A stretch of DNA of 64,000 nucleotides from Octopus vulgaris. Lineage: Eukaryota. Of this stretch, positions 1 to 14,493 are shown one piece after another (within the stretch, counting starts at the first letter, position 1; each line of letters begins with the position of its first letter). The DNA lies in assembly GCA_951406725.2 (NCBI GenBank), contig OX597842.1:18600001-18664000 (forward strand). The letters are read 5' to 3'. Made by a program: the position numbers and the translations under genes. The notes under the pieces were generated by a model. The model worked only from the letters and a program-made list of their open reading frames with translations, made no database searches and was not told where the DNA came from.

Positions 1-107
1 TGACAGCTGTTTCGGCAGCAAGCAGTCATACCTCATTTATGGTGAGTTGAATTTTCAACCCCTATCTCATTTTATAACCTATATATATTTATATATATAT
101 ATATATA

Positions 108-480
108 TCATCATCATCATCATCATCATCGTTTAACGTCCGTTCTCCATGCTAGCATGGGTTGGACGGTTCAACTGGGGTCTGTGAAGCCAGAAGGCTT
201 CATCAGGCCCAGTCAGATCTGGCAATGTTTCTACGGCTGGATGCCCTTCCTAACGCCAACCACTCCATGAATGTAGTGGGTGATTTTTACGTGCCACCGG
301 CACAGGTGCCAGGGGCTGACATCTGCCACGATCGGATGGTGCTTTTTACGTGCCACCCGCATGGAGGCCAGTAGGGGCGGTGCTGGCAACGGCCACGTTC
401 GCATGGTTCGCTTACGTGCCACCGGCACTGGTATCACAGCTACAATTTCTATTGATGTTGATCGATTTCGATTTTGATTT
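108..480 (-). mobile_element. 3' tail of a retroposon (SINE/RTE-type) ending in (GAT)n
   Basis: (CAT)n run abuts gtttaacgtccgttctccatgctagcatggg...ggatgcccttcctaacgccaacc; on the minus strand this is a tail ending ...ggacgttaaacGATGATGAT. Family name is from recall. Confidence 0.55.
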
Positions 481-552
481 ACAATATATATATATATATT
501 AATAATAATTTTAAAAAATAATAATTTAAAAATTTAAATTTTAAATTTTATA

Positions 553-1850
<1,298 letters not shown>

Positions 1851-1857
1851 ACCTGTC

Positions 1858-2582
1858 AAAGTAATTGTGCAGTATGTTCGACAAATCCACATGTAAACTG
1901 AAAAACCAAGGGCACTGTATACCAGATTAAGTGCCAAGAGGGAGCTTGCGCGACTAACCCAGAGTCATACATAGGTGAGACTTCTAGAAGCATCAATGAT
2001 AGGTTCAAAGAACACCTGGACAACTTAAAGACTCCGCCGGTTACGACGACGAGGGTCCCAGCTGAAACGATCAACGGAACAGCTTGCTCGTGAAATTAAC
2101 GTGCAAATGGCTGAGCATTCCACAGACACGTGTACCCTTAACGTAGTTCTCGGGGATAATCAGCGTGACACAGAGAGTGACAAGGCTGACCCTTTGAAAT
2201 ACAAGTACAACTCATTTTTGCCAGCTGAGTGGACTGGAGCAACGTGAAATAAAGTGTCTTGCTCAAGGACACAACGCGTCGCCGGGAATCGAACTCACAA
2301 CCTTACGATCATGAGCCGAATACCCTAACCACTAAGCCACGCGCCCTCACCCTGGACAACTACATTGAAAGGAAGCCAAACTCCATCTTCTACCAACATG
2401 CTGTAGACTGCCACAAGGGATCCTTAGGGAAACTTAAGTTGAACATCCTATCAACACATCCCACCGATGCAATGTTGAGACAGGTCACAGAAGCTGTTTG
2501 TATACAAGAATACAAACCTACTCTCAACCGAAAATCCGAATGGAGTAACATCCAGATCCCATTCAGAAGGACTATTCTATAA
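1858..2582 (+). pseudogene. GIY-YIG endonuclease C-terminal fragment of a Penelope-like element, split by a SINE
   Basis: Translation ...KGTVYQIKCQEGACATNPESYIGETSRSINDRFKEHLDN resumes after the SINE as LDNYIERKPNSIFYQHAVDCH...RQVTEAVCIQEYKPTLNRKSEW: VY..C, YIGET.R...RF.EH and E...I....P.LN motifs. Confidence 0.85.
2026..2350 (-). mobile_element. tRNA-derived SINE with 11-bp TSD
   Basis: Minus strand starts gtgagggcgcgTGGCTTAGTGGttagg (A box)...GAGTTCGATTCCC (B box). TSD cctggacaact at 2015-2025 and 2351-2361. Confidence 0.9.
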
Positions 2583-2699
2583 CCACCCCTCTCTCTCTCT
2601 CTCTCGTTTACTTGTAGTCCTTACATACAGGTTGTAATGCGTATGTGCAGTTATATATAACCGTATGAGCGTACATTGTTTGATACGTATGTGCGTGTG

Positions 2700-3106
2700 T
2701 GATGCTATAAAAAATTTTTTTTAAATGCACATGCATACACGTGTGAGCATGTGTGGTTGTATGTATGTATTGTATATGTATGCGTTTATGCATATATATA
2801 TATAAAATACTGTGTCGGTTCTTGTTGTATGTATGTATGTATGTGTAAGTGTGCGTATGTATGTTTATGCGTGTGTGTGCGTGTGTGTATGCGTGTGTGT
2901 GTGTATGTGTGTAATAGGACATATGTATGTAGAAGTGGATTAGAATATACGAGTATTTTAAGATTATATGTATATCTATGAGTGTGTCTATATGATTGTG
3001 TGTACTTGCGTATATGGATATGGTTATATGTGCACAGTTGCACTTAAGCGTTGTATCCATTCACAGTTAGACGGTGATGAGAGGAACAAACACCCCCCCC
3101 ACACAC

Positions 3107-3175
<69 letters not shown>

Positions 3176-4380
3176 TCTATACAAACATATATGTGAATAT
3201 GTATACAACCTTCAACAAAGTAACAGTCATGTACACAACTTGGACGGACACATGCCAGTACACGGACATACGTTCACATACACATACACATGTACACACT
3301 CTCACAGACGCGTCTGCCCATTCTCCTTGACACTCACATACATACGTAGCACATGAGTACAAACATACATACATACCTACGTATGGGCATACACACGTAC
3401 ATACGCACGTACAAACGCACGTACATGTACGCACACACATACATGGGCACATGCATACGTGCGCGTATACATACATACGCACATGCGTACGTATGTACAT
3501 ACACACACACATACATACATACATACATACCTACCTACATACATACATACACACATACATACATACATACATAAATAATACATACATACATACATTTATA
3601 CATACATACATACATACATACATACGTACATACATTTATATATACATTTATACATACATACATACATACATACATACATACATACATAAATAATACATAC
3701 ATACATACATACATACATAAATAATACATACATACATACATACATACATACATACATACATACATACATACATACATACATACACACATACATACATACA
3801 TACATACATACACACACATACATACATACATACATACATACATACATACCTACATACATACCTACATACATACATACATACATACATACATACATACATA
3901 CAGACACACATACATACACATACATACATATGTACATACATACATACATACATACATACGTACATACATACATACATACATACATACATACATACATACA
4001 TACATACATACATACATACATACATACATACATACATACATGCATACATACGTACAATAGTAAAACAAAAGTTCTGTGATATAGAGATAAATGTCTGATA
4101 ATAGGTTTTAGGGTTTTGTTTTGGAAGTGAGGGTCGTAAATCACTTCCTAGTTTCGGCGGGGGAGGTTGAAATTTGATATTATTGTGATGAGTGGTCACT
4201 CTACATCTACCCATCACTACAGGTTTATAGCTCTATGTTTATAGTGTGTATGTGCGTGCATATACACACACATACATATATACATACATACATACATACA
4301 TACATACATACACAGGCGTATGTACGTACATACATACATACATACATGCGTGTATGCATACATACACACATACATACGTA
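2700..4380. repeat. Microsatellite/low-complexity tract (TG)n, (TACA)n
   Basis: Long (TACA)n at ~3500-4050, (TG)n at ~3123-3173. Confidence 0.95.
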
Positions 4381-4555
4381 CCAGTGGCGTGCGGTGACTT
4401 CCGGGGCTGGACATGCAATGAATTTCTTTGCCCCGCCCCTCCCCGGGCAATTTTTCAGGAAAAAAAATTTTCGAATTCCTACGATTTACATACGGGAGAT
4501 TCTGAATATGCAATCAACCCCGTATGACCTAGAATAAAAAAAAAAACGTCGCCCT

Positions 4556-4791
4556 GGTACTATTTAAAAAGAGTGGTCCCGTTGCGCGCGCTCGCGCATC
4601 CGCGCTGGCTAGTCGTGACTAGTCGATCCTACGACTATCTAGCAAAGTAAATAAATGTTTTAAACAAAATATATAAAACACAAAAACACAAAGTAAATAA
4701 TGTTTTAAACAAAGTAAGGATCGACTAGTCACGACTAGCTGGCGTGGATGCTCGGGTGCGCGCACCGGGACCACTCTTCTTAAATAGTACC
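4556..4791. mobile_element. MITE with ~75-bp GC-rich TIRs nested in the hAT element
   Basis: ggtactatttaaaaagagtggtccc...gactagtcgatcct (4556-4630) is inverted at ~4717-4791, with an AT-rich core. Confidence 0.8.
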
Positions 4792-5005
4792 CATGATTTT
4801 TAAATTGGTTGCAATACTCATCAAATTTGTTGAAATTCGAAAGTTCCATGAATTTAAACTCTTCTAAGGATGAATATCGTGCTTTTATTTGGTCAACTAT
4901 TGTACTGATAATTTTGTTATAAAGCATTATATAATGTCGTTGGGGCTCAATAGATATATTCTTGGATCCCTGAATTCCGATTCCTGCATCGACTCCATAT
5001 TCCCC

Positions 5006-5330
5006 CCCGGGTTCAGTTCCACTGCGTGGCACCTTGGGCAAGGGTCTTCTACTATAGTCTCGGGCCGACCAAAGCCTTGTGAGTGGATTTGGTAGACGGA
5101 AACTGAAAGAAGCCCGTGGTATATATGTATATATATGCGTGTGTGTGTTTGTTCGTCTGTGTTTATCCCCCTAGCATTGCTTGGCAACCGATGCTGGTGT
5201 GTTTATGTCCCCGTTACTTTGCGGTTCGGCAAAATAGACCGATAGAATAAGTACCGGGGTCGAGTTGCTCGATTAAAGGCGGTGCTCGAGCATGGCCGCA
5301 GTCAAATGACTGAAACAAGTAAAAGAGATT
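5006..5330 (+). mobile_element. 5'-truncated tRNA-derived SINE inside the hAT element
   Basis: ccgggttcagttccactgcgtggcaccttgggcaag...gcagtcaaatgactgaaacaagtaaaagag; same family as 10579-11020. Confidence 0.85.
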
Positions 5331-6420
5331 GAAAAATTATCAAGTTTGTTTTCGAGTACAGTTCTAGTTTTATCTATTTGATCTTTACAATACACTATGT
5401 CATGACTTTTACTCTGGAGGATGTTAAATATGAAAAAAGAAAAAATCTCACTGAATACTTCTAACAAAAATAAGAAATCAGGAGCTTTTAAAGTGTGTAA
5501 GAATCCAATTGCTGAATTTATGGTGGTATCATCCCATGCTTCAGGATTTTCAATGATGTGCTCAAAAAGGCTGATTATGAAATGATAATTTTCCTTTGTG
5601 GTAATAATAAGCCGTGAGGCTGTTGCCTTCGGAAATCTTTTTTTTAACAATGTTATCTAATGCATTAGCCCTTTTCGGTGTTGGTCTCCCACTGATATAA
5701 TTAATTATTTTCCATCGAATTCTCCTTTCGAAAAACTATTTCTCAAAATATCGTTTATAACACATTTCACTCATTTCGTAAAAGGCTGTTCTTATATACG
5801 AACACACGTGGAAGCGCCGGCGTAAATTGTAAGTCAATTTCAACAAAACAAAAAGATACAGAAAGTGGGTATCATGCGGTCAGCTCATAGCATGACATGC
5901 CACTGAGAGAAAGTGGAAGGGGGTACAAAATATTATGAACGACCTTTCCTCCTAGCATCTGTTTTATCAATTCACTAAGAGAGAGAGAGGAAGGAGGGAC
6001 AAACTAAGAGACAGAGAGGGAGGTCATGCGGGTCTTCCCACAGCATAGCCACTAAGAGGAAGGGGGTAAAAATATTTCAAATGCCCTATCCTCTTAGCAT
6101 GTCTTTTAAACTAGTCACTAAGAGTGAGAGAGAGAGGAAGGAAGGACAAACTGGGACAGAGAGGGAGTGTCTAACAATGCTGGTCTTGTCAATGCATGAC
6201 TTCTAAAAGCAGAAGTAGAGTCACTGAGAGAGAAGGGGAGAAAAATACAACTGGACGGATTTTCTTTGAAACAAAGTAACTATTTTATCTAATTTTCCGA
6301 TCATATGGATAAAAAAATCACAGGGCATGCAACGCATACCTTGCATACCTGAGAGTGCACGCCCCTGACGTACATATATATGACGAACTAACTGTTACTT
6401 TCTCAGATGCAGCACGGATT

Positions 6421-6470
6421 TTTGTCAGTGAACAGGTCGCGGATTTTAGCGACGAAAATATTTTGACAAA
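6421..6470 (+). ncRNA. Degenerate minimal hammerhead-like motif (Penelope-type)
   Basis: Stem I tttgtca/tgacaaa, core gtgaaca (mutated CUGAUGA), stem II gtcgc/gcgac, GAAA, palindromic aaaatatttt. Confidence 0.4.
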
Positions 6471-6553
6471 TCAAACTTAAATGTTGAAGTGAATCGAACG
6501 TCTTTTGTGTGTTTCTTAAATGGCTTACAAACACCTTCCACGCTGCAATTGTT

Positions 6554-6615
<62 letters not shown>

Positions 6616-6629
6616 TATATATATAGCTC

Positions 6630-6702
6630 ATTCAGTGGTGGTGCCCCAGCATGGCCGCGGCCTTCGGGCTAAAACATTTTTAAGGATTTAAGGATTTTAA
6701 GG

Positions 6703-6763
<61 letters not shown>

Positions 6764-7505
6764 TACATATATATATGATGGGCTTCCTTCAGTTTCCGTC
6801 TTCCAAATCCACTCACAAGGCTTCGGTCGACCCGGGGCTATAATAGAAGACACTTGCCCAAGGTGCCACGCAGTGGGACTGAACCCGGGACCATGTGGTT
6901 GGTAAGCAACCACACGGCCATATATACTTGTGATAAATGTAATTGTCTTACCTTTTAGTTTCTTCAGCTCGGCTGTTCTAGTATCTCAACTTATTGGTCC
7001 AAAACCCATGTAATACGATGGTAGTCTATACCTGGAATGAAATATCACAATCTAGTGTTGACTTACACGAGCAAGATATTTTCCAAGAAAAGAGAAAAGC
7101 TTTCTAAGGAAAATATAACCGGATACATATATATAACTAAATTGGAAAATAAACTAAATATAACCAAATTGGAAACTTTTTTCATTTGGGGAATTTTTAA
7201 ATCTATATATAGGCGTAGGAGTGGCTGTGTGGTAAGTAGCACATATACATATACATATATACGACGGGCTTCTTTCAGTTATATATATATATATATATAT
7301 ATATGTTTGTGTGTCTGTGTTTGTCCCCCCCCTCCAACATCGCTTGAGAACCGATGCTGGTGTGTTTATGTCCCCGCAACTTAGCGGTTCAGCAAAAGAG
7401 ATAGATTAGAATACGTACTAGGCCTACAAAGAATAAGTCCTGGGGTCGATTTGCTCGACTAAAGGCGGGGCTCCAGCATGACCACAGTCAAATGACTGAA
7501 ACAAG
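6630..7505. mobile_element. Cluster of SINE fragments (6770-6920 minus; 7210-7505 plus)
   Basis: Same family motifs as 9820-11310 (cagtgggactgaacccgg; aggcgtaggagtggctgtgtggtaag; aaatgactgaaacaag). Confidence 0.75.
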
Positions 7506-7672
7506 GGCGATCTTTCGGTATAGGTACCGCACGTACCGGAAGTGGCTTTGTTTACATTTCTGAAGATAACAGAAACCCTTTTCTCCTTCCCCTAACCCTA
7601 ACCCTAAAACAAACCCTAACCCTAATCCTAACCCTAACCCTAACCCCCCCATATATATATAAAAAAAAAAAC

Positions 7673-8581
7673 GGCGAAGTTTCGCATGTCGTAGCACAGA
7701 TTTCCGTCGATTTCCGTAAAAAACTTATATTTTTTTACATAAGTAATGAGAGCGAAAGAGACTAAGAGGAAGCGATTTTATGACGAGAAGGTTTCACTTT
7801 GAAGTCGGCCTGTGTGTGTTTGATGGGGTGTGGAAGACAGACAGAATGTTGTGTAAGTGAAGTGCTTCTGTTAGTGTGTGCGAAGAGACAGAGAGAGTAA
7901 TGTGTGAAAGAGAGAGATAACTGATTTTTTACTCGGTGTATGTGTATATGTATGTATGCATGTATGTGTATATGTATGTATGCATGTATCTATGTATGTG
8001 TGTGTGTGTAAGTATGTGTGTGTGTATGTATGTATGGCCGATTCATCGTAATTTTTTACTCGGTGTATGTGTATATGTATGTCTGCATGTATGTGTGTGT
8101 GTGTATGTATCTATGTATGTGTGTATGTGTATGTATGTATGTGTGTATGTATGTATGGTCGATTCAGTGTAATTTTTTACTCGGTGTATGTGTATATGTA
8201 TGTCTGCATGTATGTGTGTGTGTGTATGTATCTATGTGTGTGTGTGTGTGTGTAAGTATGTGTGTGTGTATGTATGTATGTATGTGTGTGTGTGTATGTA
8301 TCTATGTATGTGTGTGTGTGTATGTATGTATGTATGTACTCGGTGTATGTGTATATGTATGTCTGTCTCTTCGCACACACTAACAGAAGCACTTCACTTA
8401 CACAACATACTGTCTGTCTCCCACACCCCATCAAACACACACAGGCCGACTTCAAAGTGAAACCTTCTCGTCATAAAATCGCTTCCTCTTAGTCTCTTTC
8501 GCTCTCATTACTTATGTAAAAAAATAAAAGTTTTTTACGGAAATCGACGGAAATCTGTGCTACTACAACCGAAACTATGCC
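7673..8581. mobile_element. Foldback/MITE element with ~220-bp TIRs and a microsatellite-rich tandem core
   Basis: 7673-7892 is the reverse complement of ~8361-8581. The core repeats ttttttactcggtgtatgtgtatatg about every 125 bp. Confidence 0.85.
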
Positions 8582-8744
8582 AACTAGGCGAAGAAAAAAA
8601 CATTCTGCGCCGTATGAATATGTCCCTCGTTTAAGAAACAGATTGGGTTTATTTACATTTCTGAAGAAAAAAAGATACCCTTTCCCCCACCCCTAACCCT
8701 AACCCTAAAACAGATTGAAATGCAATAGATCGATACTAGGGTCA

Positions 8745-9012
8745 TAATTAAGGGATCATGGGTTCGAATCTCAGACCGGGCGATGTGTGTGCTTATGAGC
8801 GAAACACCTAAGCTCCACGCGGCTCCGGCAGAAGGTAATGGCGAAACTTCTGCTGACTCTCTTTCGCCACAACTTTCTCTCACTCTTTCCTCCTGCGTCT
8901 TGCAGCTCACCTGCGACGAACCGGCGTCCCGTCCAGGTGGGGAACATATACGCCAAGTAAACCGGGAAACCGGCCCTTATGAGCCAGGCATGGCTCGAGA
9001 AGGAACAAACAA
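8745..9012 (+). mobile_element. SINE fragment
   Basis: B box gggttcgaatctc, then a body shared with 62933-63230. Confidence 0.7.
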
Positions 9013-9102
9013 CTACGACCACACAAATGTACCCGACCGATTTTATTTCTTCATAACTTTTAGAAAATTGGAAATTTTTAAATGAAAATTTCTACAGATA
9101 TA

Positions 9103-9783
9103 CCGTAAATCATCGAGTATAATCAACGTTTTTTTCCCCAAAATTTAAAGGTCACAATCCCTCGTGCGTAATATATACGAGGTTAAAAATGAAAATTATT
9201 TTCTAAGCAATGTCCGAGACTCTATTTGCTGTCCGGCAATGTTTATTCAGACGCATTTTGTGATGTCGGGCGCGAAAATACCTAAAGCTAAGCCTGAAAG
9301 CAATGAAGTCATAAAAGAATCATCCATAACTTGCAGTAAGCAACATTTATTAAACGTTATTACTGTTATTTCTTTATTTTCTGCAAACAAAATGCACAAA
9401 AAAGCTAAACGTTTGCATTATGTTATATATACAATAATAATAAAGGACGTTACTGTATACATTTTTACAAACCAAGGACGTTATATAGACCTTATTGACT
9501 CAAGTTAGAGAAGGGGTGCGTATTATACACAAGATTTAGGTTTTTCAGAGGTACAGCCCCCTAAAAATCCCCTGCGTATTATACACAAGGTTTAGGTTTT
9601 TCAGAGGTGCAGCCCCCTAAAAATCCCCTACGTATTATACACAAGGTTTAGGTTTTTCAGAGGTGCAGCCCCCTAAAAATCCCCTGCGTATTATACACAA
9701 GGTTTAGGTTTTCCAGAGGTACAGCCCCCTAAAAATCCCCTGCGTATTATACTCGAGGGTGGACTATACTCGAGGATTTACGG
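9103..9783. mobile_element. Non-autonomous Tc1/mariner-pogo (Tigger-like) element with TA TSD
   Basis: TA|ccgtaaatcatcgagtataatc ... gactatactcgaggatttacgg|TA. Confidence 0.8.
9517..9752. repeat. 56-bp subterminal minisatellite, ~4.2 copies
   Basis: Unit starts at 9517, 9573, 9629, 9685 and 9741. Confidence 0.95.
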
Positions 9784-9819
9784 TAAGCGGAGTCTACGCC
9801 ACCTGAAGTATATTTACTC

Positions 9820-10032
9820 TCTTTTACTCTTTTACTTGTTTCAGTCATTTGACTGCGGCCATGCTGGAGCACCACCTTTAGTCGAGCAAATCGACCCCGG
9901 GACTTATTCTTTTGTAAGCCCAGTACTTATTTTATCGGTCTCTTTTGCCGAACCGCTAAGTGACGGGGACGTAAACACACCAGCATCGGTTGTCAAGCGA
10001 TGTTGGGGGGACCAACACAGACACCCAAACGT

Positions 10033-10075
<43 letters not shown>

Positions 10076-10751
10076 TACATATATACGACAGGCTTCTTTC
10101 AGTTTCCGTCTACCAAATCCACTCACAAGGCATTGGTCGGCCCGGGGCTATAGCAGAAGACACTTGCCCGAGATGCCACGCAGTGGGACTGAACCCGGAA
10201 CCATGTGGTTGATAAACAAGCTACTTACCACACAGCCACTCTTACGCCTATATATATATATATACATATATACGATAGGCTTCTTTCAGTTTCCGTCTAC
10301 CAAATCCACTCACAAGGCATTGGTCGGCCCGGGGCTATAGCAGAAGACATTTGCCCAAGATGCCACGCAGTGGGACTGAACCCGGAACCATGTGGTTGGT
10401 TAGCAAGCTACTTACCACACAGCCACTCCTACGCCTATATATATATATATACATATATACGACAGGCTTCTTTCAGTTTCCGTCTACCAAATCCACTCAC
10501 AAGGCATTGGTCGGCCCGGGGCTATAGCAGAAGACACTTGCCCAAGATGCCACGCAGTGGGACTGAACCTGCAACACATAGGCGCAGGAGTGGCTGTGTG
10601 GTAAGTAGCTTGTTTGCCAACCACATGGTTCTGGGTTCAGTCCCACTGCGTGGCACCTTGGGCAAGTGTCTTCTACTATAGCCTCGGGCCGACCAAGGCC
10701 TTGTGAGTGGATTTGGTAGACGGAAACTGAAAGAAGCCCGTCGAATATATG

Positions 10752-10797
<46 letters not shown>

Positions 10798-11312
10798 TGT
10801 GTGTGTGTGTGCATGTGTGTTTGTGTTTGTTCCCCTAGCATTGCTTGACAACCGATGCTGGTGTGTTTGTGTCCCCGTTACTTAGCGGTTTGGCACAAAG
10901 AGACCGATAGAATAAGTACTGGGCTTACAAAAAGAATAAGTCCCCGGGGGTCGAGTTGCTCGATTAAAGGCGGTGCTCCAGCATGTCCGCAGTCAAATGA
11001 CTGAAACAAGTAAAAAGAGTATACTTAGTGGTTCGGCAAAAGAGAGACCGATAGAATAAGTACTGGGCTTACAAAGAATAAGTCCCGGGATCGAGTTGCT
11101 CGATTAAAGGCGGTGCTCCAGCATGGCCGCAGTCAAATGACTGAAACAAGTAAAAGAGTAAACTTAGCGGTTCAGCAAAAGAGACCGATAGAATAAGTAC
11201 TGGGCTTACAAAAAGAATAAGTCCCCGGGGGTCGAGTTGCTCGATTAAAGGCGGTGCTCCTGCATGGCCGCAGTCAAATGACTGAAACAAGTAAAAGAGA
11301 GAGTAAAAGAGT
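9820..11312. mobile_element. Head-to-head SINE cluster: minus-strand SINE with triplicated head (9820-10570), plus-strand SINE with triplicated tail (10579-11312)
   Basis: ~190-bp head unit repeated at ~10080, ~10270 and ~10455. Plus copy starts aggcgcaggagtggctgtgtggtaag; its tail repeats three times. Confidence 0.85.
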
Positions 11313-11494
11313 GCATATTTTGAAGCGAATACTTTAAATTACGAAAAACAAACCTTAGTTAATGAATGGTACACGAAAATTGAAAATTCAAAAACGAAAA
11401 TCTGTGATGCTTTTGGGGGGATTTTGTCTAATAAATTGCAATTTTCTTATCTCCTGCACCACACAAGCTCGCAGGGATGCAAGTCAACCATATA

Positions 11495-12744
11495 TATTTC
11501 TTTACTACCCACAGGGGCCAAATACAGAGGGGACAAACAAGGACAGACAAACGGATTAAGTCGATTACATCGACCCCAGTTGGAAACTGGTACTTAATTT
11601 ATCGACCCCGAAAGGATGAAAGGCAAGCTCGACCTCGGCGGAATTTGAACTCAGAACGTAAAGACAGACGAAATACCTATTTCTTTACTACCCACAAGGG
11701 GCTAAACAAGGACAGACAAATGGATTAAGTCGACTACATCGACCCCAGTTGGAAACTGGTACTTAATTTATCGACCCCGAAAGGATGAAAGGCAAAGTCG
11801 ACTTCGGCGGAATTTGAACTCAGAACGTAACGACAGACGAAATACCTATTTCTTTACTACCCACAAGGGGCTAAACAAGGACAGACAAACGGATTAAGTC
11901 GATTATATCGATCCCAGTGCGTAACTAGTACTTAATTTATCGACCCCGAAAGGATGAAAGGCAAGGTCGACCTCGGCGGAATTTGAACTCAGAACGTAAA
12001 GACAGACGAAATACCTATTTCTTTACTACCCACAAGGGGCTAAACAAGGACAGACAAATGGATTAAGTCGACTACATCGACCCCAGTTGGAAACTGGTAC
12101 TTAATTTATCGACCCCGAAAGGATGAAAGGCAAAGTCGACTTCGGCGGAATTTGAACTCAGAACGTAACGACAGACGAAATACCTATTTCTTTACTACCC
12201 ACAAGGGGCTAAACAAGGACAGACAAATGGATTAAGTCGACTACATCGACCCCAGTTGGAAACTGGTACTTAATTTATCGACCCCGAAAGGATGAAAGGC
12301 AAAGTCGACCTCGGCGGAATTTGAACTCAGAACGTAACGACAGACGAAATACCTATTTCTTTACTACCCACAAGGGGCTAAACAAGAACAGACAAATGGA
12401 TTAAGTCGATTACATCGACCCCAGTTGGAAACTCATACTTAATTTATCGACCCCGAAAGGATGAAAGGCAAAGTCAACCTCGGCGGAATTTTGAACTCAG
12501 AACGTAAAGACAGACGAAATACCTATTTCTTTACTACCCACAAGGGGCTAAACAAGGACAGACAAACGGATTAAGTCGATTACATCGACCCCAGTGCGTA
12601 ACTGGTACTTAATTTATCGACCCCGAAAGGATGAAAGGCAAAGTCGACCTCGGCTGAATTTGAACTCAGAACGTAACGGCAGACGAAATACAGCTTCGCA
12701 TTTCGCCCGGTGTGCTAACGATTCTGCCAGCTCGCCGCCTTATT
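11495..12744 (-). mobile_element. tRNA-derived SINE with body expanded to 7 tandem 169-bp units, one 15-bp TSD
   Basis: ctttactaccc at 11500, 11683, 11852, 12021, 12190, 12359 and 12529. Single head aggcggcgagctggcagaatcgttag at 12740. TSD caagtcaaccatata at 11480-11494 and 12745-12759. Confidence 0.9.
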
Positions 12745-13007
12745 CAAGTCAACCATATAACGATGAGTGTCACTGCATCGTGTATTACTCTGCTTTACAG
12801 AGGCCTATGTGTTTCCCATTTGTTGAGTATACCATATTTCAATTTAATAAACCTAGCGCTAAAGTATACTAGCCATCAATATGGCTAACCAATAAGGGTG
12901 GGTGTTACTGTAGCTTTTAGCCCCAGAAGATCATCGTCTCCAGCTGGCTTTAGGCACACTTTCTGTGCCCTTATGGTATTTGCAAAGGGAGGTCATCCCT
13001 CTCTCGT

Positions 13008-14076
13008 AAATCTATGAGAACTTTAAAAAAATATCGCGAAAAATCGGTTTGCTATGATGTAATTAACCGATTTTTTCCAGTAATAACGTATCCTCTTGGA
13101 ATCAAAAGGGCCATATAGCTCCTTGGAGCAGACATGATGCTCCTTGTGAATTTCAAAAAAAATTCCTGCCAATTTGTTAAAGATATTGTCGAAAATATGT
13201 CATCTTGAATTTGAACGCGATTTCCCAAAATGGCATGATTTTATCGATTTTTTCTGATGGTAAGGTATTGCATGGAAAACTAACGTCAGAATTAAGTTCC
13301 TTAGGATAACATTAAGCTTCACCATGAGTTTGCGAAAACTACAACGGACTGCAGTTTCGATGTGTTTGCCTCTTGTCAACGCAAGGTAATCACCGGTTCA
13401 TCGTAAACCTAACGCTGTTATGCAAAAACTAACTATGCTAACACAATCAGTGAAAGTCTGTAACAGGGCTGACAAATATCTCTCTATATATAAAAGGCAG
13501 TTTGTCTGTCTGTGTGTCTGTTAGGTTGTACCCTCGCCCTGACCACGGCTTTCAACCGATTCAGATGAAACTTGACACACACATAGCCCAATGTCATAAT
13601 TCAAAACTAACGCAGCGAAAATTTTGAAATGTTCCCCCAGTTATGAAAAAAATTAATAAATTCGACATTGGGTCGAGAATCTAAGCTTTTTATTTGCAAC
13701 ACATTTTCCGTTGTAGTTTTCGCAACTTACAATCGATTTTCACCAAACTCATGGTGAAGCTTAATGTTACCCTAAGGAACTTAATTCTGACGTTAGTTTT
13801 CCATGCAATACCTTACCATCAGAAAAAATCGATAAAATCAAGCCATTTTCGGAAATCGCGTTCAAATTCAAGATGACATATTTTCGACAATATCTTTAAC
13901 AAAGGAATTTTTTTTTAAATTCACAGGGAGCATCATGTCTGCTCCAAGGAGCTATATGGCCCTTTTGATTCCAAGGGGATACGTTATTACTGGAAAAAAT
14001 CGGTTAATTACATCATATGTGGCACACATAGCAAACCGATTTTTCTGCGATATTTTTTGAAAGCTCTCATAGATTT
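13008..14076. repeat. ~340-bp inverted repeat (13008-13348 vs ~13707-14076)
   Basis: aaatctatgagaactttaaaaaaatatcgc...gcgaaaactacaacgga is reverse-complemented inside the Helitron, with small indels. Confidence 0.85.
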
Positions 14077-14250
14077 TCCCTACCTCTTCATGCATGCAAG
14101 GGAACGGTGCCTTGAATGCCTTAATGCCTTTTAGGCTTCATTTTACAAAATAACGGTTCAATGAGTACAAAAAAGGGTAAAAAAGGTAAAGGGCATTGCT
14201 TATCGACAAAGTTTCTTACTTACCCGGGCAACGCCGGGCTATGCTGCTAG
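13479..14250 (+). mobile_element. Non-autonomous Helitron
   Basis: A|TCtctctatatataaaaggc 5' end; 3' hairpin cccgggcaacgccggg followed by CTAG|T; inserted between A and T with no TSD. Confidence 0.85.
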
Positions 14251-14493
14251 TTAGAATATAACTAAAAAGAAAAATGAAACGATGGAGAAATCATAAAAAG
14301 GAAATTCTCATACATCCGATGGTTTCTGGTATTTCGTATGAAACCTGTAATTGCAGACACCAATTATAAACTCCAACAAAAAAGGCTACTTGTGACAGGT
14401 ATGAGTTTGTTGGTTCCTGTTGAATCAGTATCAAAACCTTTTGTTGTTTCTTTATCTGCAAAAGATGAAGAATAAAACATATACCTTTTGTTT

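Larger units (their letters stand above)
4382..6367 (-). mobile_element. Internally deleted hAT DNA transposon (ZMYM1-like transposase remnants)
   Basis: Imperfect TIRs cagtggcgtgc (4382) / gcacgcccctg (6357-6367). Minus-strand peptides WDDTTINSAIGFLHTLKAPDFLFLLEVFSEIF..NILQSK (5340-5610) and YNKIISTIVDQIKARYSSL (4800-4935) resemble hAT transposases. No clean 8-bp TSD. Confidence 0.7.

Noticed and set aside
7590-7646. Telomere (TAACCC)n; also at 8690-8707
   Set aside because: Only a few degenerate units inside a dispersed repeat, followed by ordinary sequence.
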